From contig NC_087251.1 of NCBI RefSeq assembly GCF_037042905.1, forward strand, positions 2,296,001 to 2,360,000: DNA of 64,000 nt. The letters are read 5' to 3'. Numbering within the stretch: position 1 is the stretch's first letter; every line of letters begins with the position of its first letter. Positions 40,163 to 52,100 of this stretch are shown here, piece after piece. Under the pieces are notes generated by a model, which ran no database searches, had not been told where the DNA came from, and worked only from the letters and a program-made list of their open reading frames with translations. A program made the position numbers and the translations under genes. This stretch comes from Lytechinus pictus. Lineage: Eukaryota.

Positions 40163-43100
40163 CGTTGGGATGATAATAATTGTAATAATGAAAACATATC
40201 ATACCAATTTGATTTCAGTTTCTGGAACCTGTTAGAAGGAGAGTTATCTCATGTTGTTGAGCTCTTAGTGCCTCTGATCCTCCATTGTTTTGCCCTTCCT
40301 TGTGGAGCTGATGTGATGTGGAGATTAGTTGATAATGAGGTGGAAAGTGAAAGCTGGCAGACTAGATTCAGGGCAGGTAAGTGCCTCTATCATAATAAGG
40401 CAAGCATTTTTTCATCACTCGTTTCATTATTTTACAATGTTTTAAAGCTTCAATCAGTCACTGAACTACATACATTCATTGATATTTTGTTTATGCTCAC
40501 ATATATTAAGCTTTGTTTATTTATAGTATTTTTTAAATTGGTTAAAAGTTATAAGTGAACACTAGAAAGCCATTTATTATCTCTTGTTTTTGTTAAGGTG
40601 CTATGACAGACATAACAACCATAGAGACTAATACTTTATAATTGCATGATGCTTGCCCAAGGAGTTATCTTCAGTAAGGTTCTACAAAAACGAGAGACTT
40701 GTAACTTGAATTTTACTTAGGTGGAAATGAAATTTCCTTCAGAAGAAAATCTTAGATCGTTTCATCCAAGCATGATTATTTTTCAGTTCTAATGTGTATG
40801 ACATTGTTTTATTTGTCTTTGCTTGTTTGTATCGACAGCTGAGAGAGTGACAGTGATGCTGAGATGTGTAGAGAAGAAATCTCTTGGAAACAACACTGTT
40901 ATTATGGGATCTCTTGCCCATGCCTTCAGTTCATTAGTGGTTGCTACAGAAGATATCTGTCCTGCTGTATCAGCTAGGGCTATACTTATGCTTGAGAGTA
41001 TTCCAATGAAAGTCATCAAGGTAACCATCATATAGGATCATATTCTGAACTCAGGGTTTATGTCATTTCTGGTCTGAAGTTGTGGATCAACTTTGAAAAG
41101 CCAATTTTAACACAAATCTTTTTACAGTAAAGGTTCAGTTTATCAGATCATATGGCACCCATATCATTGATTACTGTCTGTGAATAATAAGTAAAACAGT
41201 TTATGTTATCCTTAAAGTATGGAAATAACACAGTTAGCATAAGAAGCATGTAATAAATCAAAAATTTTGACGGTTTCGGTATCTCATAATTTTAGTACTT
41301 TGGGATTTAACCAGCTGGTATTAAATAACTTTAAACTGTTCAAGCTGAGGTGATAATTAACAAAGATATGTGTTATTACAAATGCAGGAACTAGACCAAT
41401 AGTTGTCGTTCCTAGTAGACCTTTCCATAGAGGTGAAAGGTGGATGTGATCATTGATCATTAATAAAGCATGTAGTGGCAAAAGTGAATAGTTTGATGAA
41501 AAGAGAAATACTTCAGTAATTATGAAATCACTTTCCCTCACCAATCAATATTTCATAGTAAGATATATTCTTCCTTCATACCACTTATTGATGAACTCCT
41601 TTCTCTATATTTTAACTATGATCAGGTATTGGTAGGTTGTCTTGAGTTTCAATGGGACTCAGTCCTTGAGGATCGCGTGTTGATTCTATCTAAGCTACGT
41701 CTACTACATCACTTCATGCCAGTAGCTCCCGTACTCTCTTGGGAATTCTTTATGAATCGTCTTGATACTCTAGCTCTTGAAGCACAGGTGGACATGGAAC
41801 AAAACAAGGAGTTTCCATTCCCTATGGGTAAGTTGCTACTTAAGATTGCTACCTTTCAAACCCTTGACTACCTCTATCCTTTATTCACCCAGTCTTTATC
41901 TGCCCAATTCTCCTGTCATCTGTTTCTCCTGCAGTTCCCTATTTTCTTTACTTCTCTCTTAATACCCTTTATTGTTGTTGCCCTCTCTCTCACTTTCATC
42001 CCCTCCCCTCCCCATTTTCTCTCCACTTTTCTCCACTTTTCTTCTCTCTTTTTTCCTCTTATTCATTCTTTCCATTCCTTTTTTGTTAACATTGGTTGCT
42101 TTTCTCTCCTGAAGTATACATTTCAAAATCTTAAAATCAATCCTTTTTTAATGCATAACAACCTCAAAGACGTTCATTATTCTCTCAATCTAAATGCACA
42201 ATCTGTAGAAGATATCTCACAGGATGAGACATTTCATTTCCCAACAAATCCATGTTCATATTATCTTCCTGATGATTTTTGTAATAAATATAATAACTCT
42301 GACGATAGACTATCTCTATTACACTTAAATGCAAGGAGTCTCTGCTCAAATTTTAGTAAACTTGAGGAGTTACTGACTTCCCTTGATTTTTCGTTTTCTG
42401 TGATAGGAATATCAGAAACATGGCTGAATTCTTTCATGTTAACGTCTATTTATAATATATCTAATTACTCATTTGTTCACACATGTCGAGATTCCAAGAC
42501 TGGTGGGGGTGTTGCCTTGTATATTTCCGAAAACGTTGAATTCCTTGAAAGACCAGATCTGACTGTAAATAATTTATTTCTTCAAACTGTTTTTATTGAA
42601 ATTGTCAATGTTAACTCTAAGAATATAATTGTTGGGAATGTCTATAGACCTCCCAATACAGAAATTGACTTGTTTTTACATGATATGGATTCTCTGCTTT
42701 CTAAAATACACAATGAAAAAAAAATACTATACTTAATGGGAGATTACAATATCAATTTGTTAAATACTGATAGACACACTAAAAGCAAAGAGTTTGCTGA
42801 TAATATGTTCTCATACAATTTATTCCCAGTAATCACCAAGCCTACACGCATATCATATAAATCTGCTACTATAATAGATAATATTTTTACAAATGCAATC
42901 CAATTTGAATATGATAGTGGGCTACTATATTCTGACATTTCAGATCATTTCCCAATATTTTATGTTGCAAAAAAGTTTAATAATATTTCGATTTCAAGGG
43001 AACCCCGCCTGAAGAGAATGATAAATGATGATGGGATCGATTGCTTAAAAAAGAAATTGAGCTGTCTAGACTGGAAACCAATCTATGCATCCAACGATGT

Positions 43101-46100
43101 CAACCATGCCTATGATCTGTTTTACTCAATTTTTTATGATGCTTATAATGAATGTCTTCCTACTGTTAACAGTAAAAAAAAAAACACACGATTTCACAAA
43201 CCTTGGATTTCTTCTGGCATCTTGAAATCTATAAACAAAAAAAATATCCTATATAAAAATTTTCACAGATACTCTGGACCAGAAAAGATTAAAAAAAGGA
43301 AAGAAGAAAAATACAAAAGCTATAAAAACTGTTTGGTAAAAGTAATTCGGTTTGCAAAAAGAGAATATTATAATAAAAAATTTAACACCTTAAGAGGTAA
43401 CATGAAGAAAACATGGCAAGAAATTAATAACATATTGGGGAAAAAAGCTCAAATTTCTCTACCAACCAAAATGTTTTACAATAATGAATCTTTTGATACC
43501 AATCAAATGAAATCTAATTATTTCAACAGATATTTTGCAAATTTGGGCAAAAATCTTGCTCAAGTCATCCCTGACCCCCACACAGAGTTCATGTCTTTTT
43601 TAGGAGACAACAATATTCATTCAATGTTTTTTAAACCAACCAATATAAATGAAATACTAAAGATCTGCTCCTCCTTGAAATCAACGTTTTCCTGTGGCTC
43701 TGATGATATTATCCCATCTATTGTGAAAAAATGTATTTATCAATGTGTCCATCCACTGTGCCATATATATAATATGTCTCTTGAATATGGTGAAGTTCCT
43801 AATGCATTTAAAATAGCTAAAATTGTTCCAATTTTCAAAAAGGGTGATCGTAAAGACATTGTTAACTATAGACCAATTTCTGTTTTACCCATCTTTTCAA
43901 AGATACTAGAAAAAATTGTTTTTGAACGTTTGTACAGCTTTTTGAATCATAACAATATATTAATCTCACAACAATTTGGTTTTCGTAAAAGATATTCAAC
44001 ATACATGCCAATATTTCACATGTATGATCGTATAATGCAAGAAATAGATAAGGGTAATCTCACCATTGGTATATTTTTGGATCTCTCGAAAGCATTTGAC
44101 ACCGTTGACCATGACATACTTCTTAAAAAAATGAAACATTATGGGATAAGAGGTCTCGCTCTTGATTGGTTTGATAATTATTTATCAAATCGCATGCAGT
44201 ATGTTGTGGTCAACGGTGTCAAGTCAACTTTCAGTCATGTATCACACGGCGTTCCGCAAGGGTCTGTCCTCGGCCCCTTGCTTTTCCTTTTGTATATCAA
44301 TGACCTTGTAAATTGTTCCTCAATTCTTAATTTCATACTCTTTGCTGATGATACCAGTATTACTCTTTCTCAAAAAAATATTATTCCTCTCATTAACACC
44401 ATAAACATTGAACTTCGTGAAGTCGTTGTCTGGCTTCAATGCAATAAACTTTCACTGAACCTTGAAAAAACTAAATTTGTACTATTTAAAACACAAACTA
44501 AAAAAATTGGTAATGATTTTCCTCCAGTTATTATGGATGGCAAGATTATTTCCCAGGTATCAAATATAAATTTTTTAGGTATCAAGATCAATGAATTTCT
44601 ATCCTGGAAACCTCATATTGATGAATTATGCACTCGTTTATCAAAAAGTACTGGTGTCCTCCGCAAACTGAAGTTTATTTTACCCAGACATGTATTAATT
44701 TCACTTTATAATACTTTGGTTTTACCCCATCTCACTTATTGCTGTATGCTATGGGGGAATGGATTCAAAACACATTTACATAGATTATTTCTTATTCAAA
44801 AAAGGTTAATCAGAACAGTTTGTAATGCACATTTCAATAGTCACACAAACAAGTTATTTCTTGATTGTAAAATATTGAAAATTTCTGACTTGGTTCTTAT
44901 GTATACTTATATATTTATGTACAATTACCATTCAAATCTCTTGCCAAATATTTTTGATAATCTCTTCAACACAAATGCCTCTTTCCATTCATACTTTACG
45001 CGTCATTCAGCAGATCTTCACCAATATCTTCCAAAAACTAAAATTACCCAAAATTCTCTACGTTGTAGAGGAATTAAGCTGTGGAATGATTTAAATAATG
45101 ATATTAAACAAAGTAAAACCATAAATAAGTTTAAAATACTCTTGAAAGTTGAATTTTTTGCTCAGTATAAAAACTCCTGCCAATAGCACACTGTAGGTCA
45201 CTATTATTTATAATTATTACTTCTAGTTTGCTTGTTTGTTTATTTCCCCTATGTTAGCCCATTGTTTTTTGTTTTTTTTTTAATTGTATTTCAATGTTAT
45301 TTGTTGTTCACTCTTTATGTACATGTATGTATTATATTAATTTGTATTTGATTGTACCATGGTTGTGCCCCACTCACAAGTTTTTTTTAATGAAAACTTC
45401 TAGGGGCTCCCAATCCCATGTTTTTACCTAATTTGTATATACCTGTATTTTTATGATTGATTGATTGAAATAAATTTTGAATTGAATTGAATTTTTTTTT
45501 AATTTTAATTTTGATAAGTTTTTTTTATTCAAACAAAATAATTTGTAGCACACAAAAAAATTAACTTACCTCATATTTTTTCACATCCACTTGCTAGACA
45601 CGAGTCGTTCCAGTGCTGGCCTTGGTGACCGAACAGACATCTTCATGAACAAGCTGAACCGAGCTCGATTAGCTCGCTCCCAGTCTGAGCTTTCAGGAAC
45701 CCTGAAGCCTCGTCGTCTGTCTGCGGCTTTCAGTAAACAGGATAGCAAGGCTAGGAGCAAGTCTATGCCCACCGGTATCGGCTTTGCCCGCTTCAATTTC
45801 CCACCGTGTGAGTAAATAATAATGAAACACAATGGTGTATAATGCATTATACTTCACATCATATAATGTCCCTCTGATTCATTTAATTGAACAGAATGAA
45901 TTGAAGAAAATGTTACTTTTTAATGTAGTTACAAACTTCAAAATGATCTGATATATATTCTTGATATATTTTGGCGAGAGAAGTGGCTGCCTTTGTCTAT
46001 GAAAGTGGAGTCGTTGTATCACATTTGATTATTTTTATAATAATGATAATAATATGTCCATTTATATAGCACAGTAACTATGTGCATATACTCAACTGCG

Positions 46101-49100
46101 CTTTGATACTTAATATCATATTATTACCCCGGCTATAGATTGAATAGATAGAATGGGCATATGCTAATGTTCCCAAGGCAATGATGATTTCATACAAACA
46201 TCTGTAGACCTAATCATATTAAAAATAATAGTTACATTTATATAGTGCTTAATGCACTTTGTTTTGAAGTGTAGCTGTCATGTCCATGAAACCAACTCTT
46301 CCCTGCCCAGTATCGTCAATTCAAAACCAGGCACTACTTTTAATCCATATGTAGTCAGTCAGAAGGAAAAATATAAATTTCCTTCAGGTAGATAAAAAAA
46401 TAAATAAAAGGGACATAGTTCAATGACATGCTTAGTAAATTTTTTGCTTTAGAAATTTAATTCATCATTCTCTTTTCTCTTAGCTGATCGATCAACATAC
46501 AGCAGGCCAGCTAACTGCAGAGGAGATAATTTTCTGGTTGGAGATGGGTTGCTGGTGAATAGCTTGTTCCATGGTGAGTTGGGTATTTTGTACATTAATA
46601 TAAAATAATGAACTTGTTCCGGCTTTTTGACGAGTAGTAACATTAGCTTTAGTTGAAGCAATTATAATACAGCACTCGATTCTTCAAGGAATGAATCCTA
46701 CTAGGTACACCTGAGTCTGGTGTGGTATGTGTGGCTGTGATCAGACTTGAACCCCTGACTTTATGGTTCACACTCCAAGTCTTGTCCACAGATTCATAAT
46801 GCCTATATTCTTTTAAGCCATTGAGTCTATTGAATACTATGCCTAAGATATATCAAACTAGGGTTTGTGGAAAATGTGTACCATACTGAAATTAAATCAT
46901 GTTAAATATGTTAACCAAGAAGGAGATAAATTTTACACTTTTACACTTTGCCTGATATCATTAGTATCTATTACAAATGTTTCATCATACCAATATAAAT
47001 CATATCATTTCTTTCAGCCCTTTAAAAGAAATCTAGAATACCCTTCTATTGTAGGCGAATTGATCTCTACTACTTTTGTTTTGTAATGTAGTAGATGTCA
47101 TACAATATTATTATTTGTTAGAAATGAAAACTTAAATAATTTTTTTTTTCACAATTTATATTAAAATAGAGTGATGTTTTCATTCCATGATTATTCCAGG
47201 TAATGAATGATTGGAGTTTAACATCAAGCATGTTTATCATAATAATATATTTGATTGTTTTTGGTTTAGATGGTCACCTAAAAGGAATAAAAGAAGAGCT
47301 GAAAGAAGAGATACCAACTTTCAATATTGATCTGACTAATGCTGATAAACAGACTGTACATAAGCTTATTACACTCCTCATGATAGTGAGTATTAACATG
47401 TGTATCATCTTGAAATAATCAAAATCTATGTATTATATGAGTGTGAGAGTTCAGCTATTTAACTGATTTCAGCTATTTGGATTTTTCAGCTTTTAGTGTA
47501 CTTTGTCTGTATAACAATATATGAGCTTGAACAATTTTAGCTATTTTCATCTGTGCCTTTGTATGGTAATAAAATATTACAAGTGTAATCAATAGGTGTA
47601 AACAAAAATGATAATGATTTGGCCATAAGTAGTACCTTTTGACATGAGTGCTTGGATTTAGAACTGAATTTCTCTTGAAAAAGCCATGGAAAACATTTGA
47701 TAGTTTTCAATGCTATGGATTGGTGATATATAGAAGTAGATATAGTGGCTCATATTTTTAATAAGACAATATTTGTATGTTATATCTTCAGTTCATGACA
47801 GGGCCAACCAGTATGGATGATGATCAAGTTTCAGGAAGAGCTATGGTAAGTTGATGTCTGAATAAAAACTTGATTTTTCTATTCTCTACTCTCCTTGGTC
47901 ACCAGAAATATATAAAACATTGTTTGCTTATGCATCATATAAAAAGTCAGAATATTATATATGTACACTATCTATCTATAGCTTTGCTTTGAAAGATATC
48001 TTCATACATATATATGCAGTTTTGTTCTGAAGCTTAAGATTATCCCATTACCCTGAAGATGACCAAAGTAAATTAATTTCTTTGATGTTGCAGAATACTG
48101 TATTACGTCACCTGACAGTGTTGCTAGGTTACAACCAAGTTAGTAAGACCTTCAACCTTCCACCCCATCAACTGAGAGAATCAGCAGTCTTCTATGCATT
48201 CATGGCAGGATTACCAAAGGTTAGTATTGACAAGAAAAAAACAAGTGGAGAGGTGAATTGCCATTGATTGCAATTTCTCTCCCTCACCAAACTTTATTAT
48301 GCTTAAATATCATAAGATGCGAGAAGTATGAAGGAAAACAAAAAAAAAAGAACAATATTTAAACAATGTCTTACAAAACATAACAAAATATTATAACAAA
48401 TGTATGCATTTCAACCGGTAATTTATAAAGCTTACTTACAGTCACATGGCTACCATTTGTTGCATTCAGGAAAGAGCTAATGTAAAAAATACAACTAAAT
48501 GCATCAGACAGAAATTAAGCTTGACCAAGCTTGACCTACCCAAATGTTCTCACCTTCTGTAATATTAGTACTGCCACAGATACTACCTCCAGTATTTGTA
48601 CTATCCTTAGTGTTAAGTGTTATAGATGGCTGTGTATAACACTTCCATACTATAAAATGTGCTTCTTCATTTAACCTTGATTGGAAACCCATTTTTTATA
48701 CCAAGCATAATTAAATGGAATCCAATTATCAGGTGCTGTCCAGGCTTCTTTCATCATTGATTATAATATTCTCTCAACTCTCAGATGCTGGATCACAATG
48801 TAAAGGTTGGAAACATGGTATTACCTATGGTATTGAGTCTCCTACAGTACTGCCCTTCACCACAGAAATCATCTCAGGACTCACACCCTCCAGACTACAC
48901 TCTATGGTTCCTTGAACCTCACTGCAGACACTCCTGGTTTATGTCTCTACTCATTGTACTCTACAAGGTAAGTCTTTAGAAGAAACCTTAAAACTCACAC
49001 CCTATGGTTCCTTGAACCTCACTGCAGACACTCCTGGTTTATGTCTCTACTCATTGTACTCTACAAGGTAAGTCTTTAGAAGAAACCTTAAAACTCACAC

Positions 49101-52100
49101 CCTATGGTTCCTTGAACCTCACTGCAGACACTCCTGGTTTATGTCTCTACTTATTGTACTCTACAAGGTAAGTCTTTAGAAGAAACATTGAAACTCACAC
49201 CCTATGGTTCCTTGAACCTCACTGCAGACACTCCTGGTTTATGTCTCTACTCATTGTACTCTACAAGGTAAGTCTTTAGAAGAAACCTTAAAACTCACAT
49301 CCTATGGTTCCTTGAACCTCACTGCAGACACTCCTGGTTTATGTCTCTACTCATTGTACTCTACAAGGTAAGTCTTTAGAAGAAACCTTAAAACTCACAC
49401 CCTATGGTTCCTTGAACCTCACTGCAGACACTCCTGGTTTATGTCTCTACTCATTGTACTCTACAAGGTAAGTCTTTAGAAGAAACCTTAAAACTCACAC
49501 CCTATGGTTCCTTGAACCTCACTGCAGACACTCCTGGTTTATGTCTCTACTCATTGTACTCTACAAGGTAAGTCTTTAGAAGAAACCTTAAAACTCACAC
49601 CCTATGGTTTCTTGAACCTCACTGCAGACACTCCTGGTTTATGTCTCTACTCATTGTACTCTACAAGGTAAGTCTTTAGAAGAAACCTTAAAACTCACAC
49701 CCTATGGTTCCTTGAACCTCACTGCAGACACTCCTGGTTTATGTCTCTACTCATTGTACTCTACAAGGTAAGTCTTTAGAAGAAACCTTAAAACTCACAC
49801 CCTATGGTTCCCTGAACCTCACTGCAGACACTCCTGGTTTATGTCTCTACTCATTGTACTCTACAAGGTAAGTCTTTAGAAGAAACCTTAAAACTCACAC
49901 CCTATGGTTCCTTGAACCTCACTGCAGACACTCCTGGTTTATGTCTCTACTCATTGTACTCTACAAGGTAAGTCTTTAGAAGAAACATTGAAACTCACAC
50001 CCTATGGTTCCTTGAACCTCACTGCAGACACTCCTGGTTTATGTCTCTACTCATTGTACTCTACAAGGTAAGTCTTTAGAAGAAACATTGAAACTCACAC
50101 CCTATGGTTCCTTGAACCTCACTGCAGACACTCCTGGTTTATGTCTCTACTCATTGTACTCTACAAGGTAAGTCTTTAGAAGAAACCTTAAAACTCACAC
50201 CCTATGGTTCCCTGAACCTCACTGCAGACACTCCTGGTTTATGTCTCTACTCATTGTACTCTACAAGGTAAGTCTTTAGAAGAAACCTTAAAACTCACAC
50301 CATATGGTTCCCTGAACCTCACTGCAGACACTCCTGGTTTATGTCTCTACTCATTGTACTCTACAAGGTAAGTCTTTAGAAGAAACCTTAAAACTCACAC
50401 CATATGGTTCCCTGAACCTCACTGCAGACACTCCTGGTTTATGTCTCTACTCATTGTACTCTACAAGGTAAGTCTTTAGAAGAAACATTGAAACTCACAC
50501 CCTATGGTTCCTTGAACCTCACTGCAGACACTCCTGGTTTATGTCTCTACTCATTGTACTCTACAAGGTAAGTCTTTAGAAGAAACCTTAAAACTCACAC
50601 CCTATGGTTCCTTGAACCTCACTGCAGACACTCCTGGTTTATGTCTCTACTCATTGTACTCTACAAGGTAAGTCTTTAGAAGAAACCTTAAAACTCACAC
50701 CCTATGGTTCCTTGAACCTCACTGCAGACACTCCTGGTTTATGTCTCTACTCATTGTACTCTACAAGGTAAGTCTTTTGAAGAAACCTTAAAACTCACAC
50801 CATATGGTTCCCTGAACCTCACTGCAGACACTCCTGGTTTATGTCTCTACTCATTGTACTCTACAAGGTAAGTCTTTAGAAGAAACCTTAAAACTCACAC
50901 CATATGGTTCCCTGAACCTCACTGCAGACACTCCTGGTTTATGTCTCTACTCATTGTACTCTACAAGGTAAGTCTTTAGAAGAAACATTGAAACTCACAC
51001 CCTATGGTTCCTTGAACCTCACTGCAGACACTCCTGGTTTATGTCTCTACTCATTGTACTCTACAAGGTAAGTCTTTAGAAGAAACCTTAAAACTCACAC
51101 CCTATGGTTCCTTGAACCTCACTGCAGACACTCCTGGTTTATGTCTCTACTCATTGTACTCTACAAGGTAAGTCTTTAGAAGAAACATTGAAACTCACAC
51201 CCTATGGTTCCTTGAACCTCACTGCAGACACTCCTGGTTTATGTCTCTACTCATTGTACTCTACAAGGTAAGTCTTTAGAAGAAACATTGAAACTCACAC
51301 CCTATGGTTCCTTGAACCTCACTGCAGACACTCCTGGATTATGTCTCTACTCATTGTACTCTACAAGGTAAGTCTTTAGAAGAAACATTGAAACTCACAC
51401 CCTATGGTTCCTTGAACCTCACTGCAGACACTCCTGGTTTATGTCTCTACTCATTGTACTCTACAAGGTAAGTCTTTAGAAGAAACATTGAAACTCACAC
51501 CCTATGGTTCCTTGAACCTCACTGCAGATACTCCTGGTTTATGTCTCTACTTATTGTACTCTACAAGGTAAGTCTTTTGAAGAAACCTTGAAACTCACAC
51601 CCTATGGTTCCTTGAACCTCACTGCAGACACTCCTGGTTTATGTCTCTACTTATTGTACTCTACAAGGTAAGTCTTTAGAAGAAACCTTAAAACTCACAC
51701 CCTATGGTTCCTTGAACCTCACTGCAGACATTCCTGGTTTATGTCTCTACTTATTGTACTCTACAAGGTAGGTCTTTAGAAGAAACCTTAAAACTCACAC
51801 CCTATGGTTCCTTGAACCTCACTGCAGACACTCCTGGTTTATGTCTCTACTCATTGTACTCTACAAGGTAAGTCTTTAGAAGAAACATTGAAACTCACAC
51901 CCTATGGTTCCTTGAACCTCACTGCAGACACTCCTGGTTTATGTCTCTACTCATTGTACTCTACAAAGTAAGTCTTTAGAAGAAACCTTAAAACTCACAC
52001 CCTATGGTTCCTTGAACCTCACTGCAGACACTCCTGGTTTACATGTATGTCTCTACTTATTGTACTCTACAAGGTAAGTCTTTTGAAGAAACCTTAAAAC

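Noticed and set aside
41629..45186. A single 1185-aa gene as drawn in the ORF track
   Set aside because: The first ~66 codons are unc-79 exon 27 with a canonical donor and the rest is a LINE; kept only as a possible read-through
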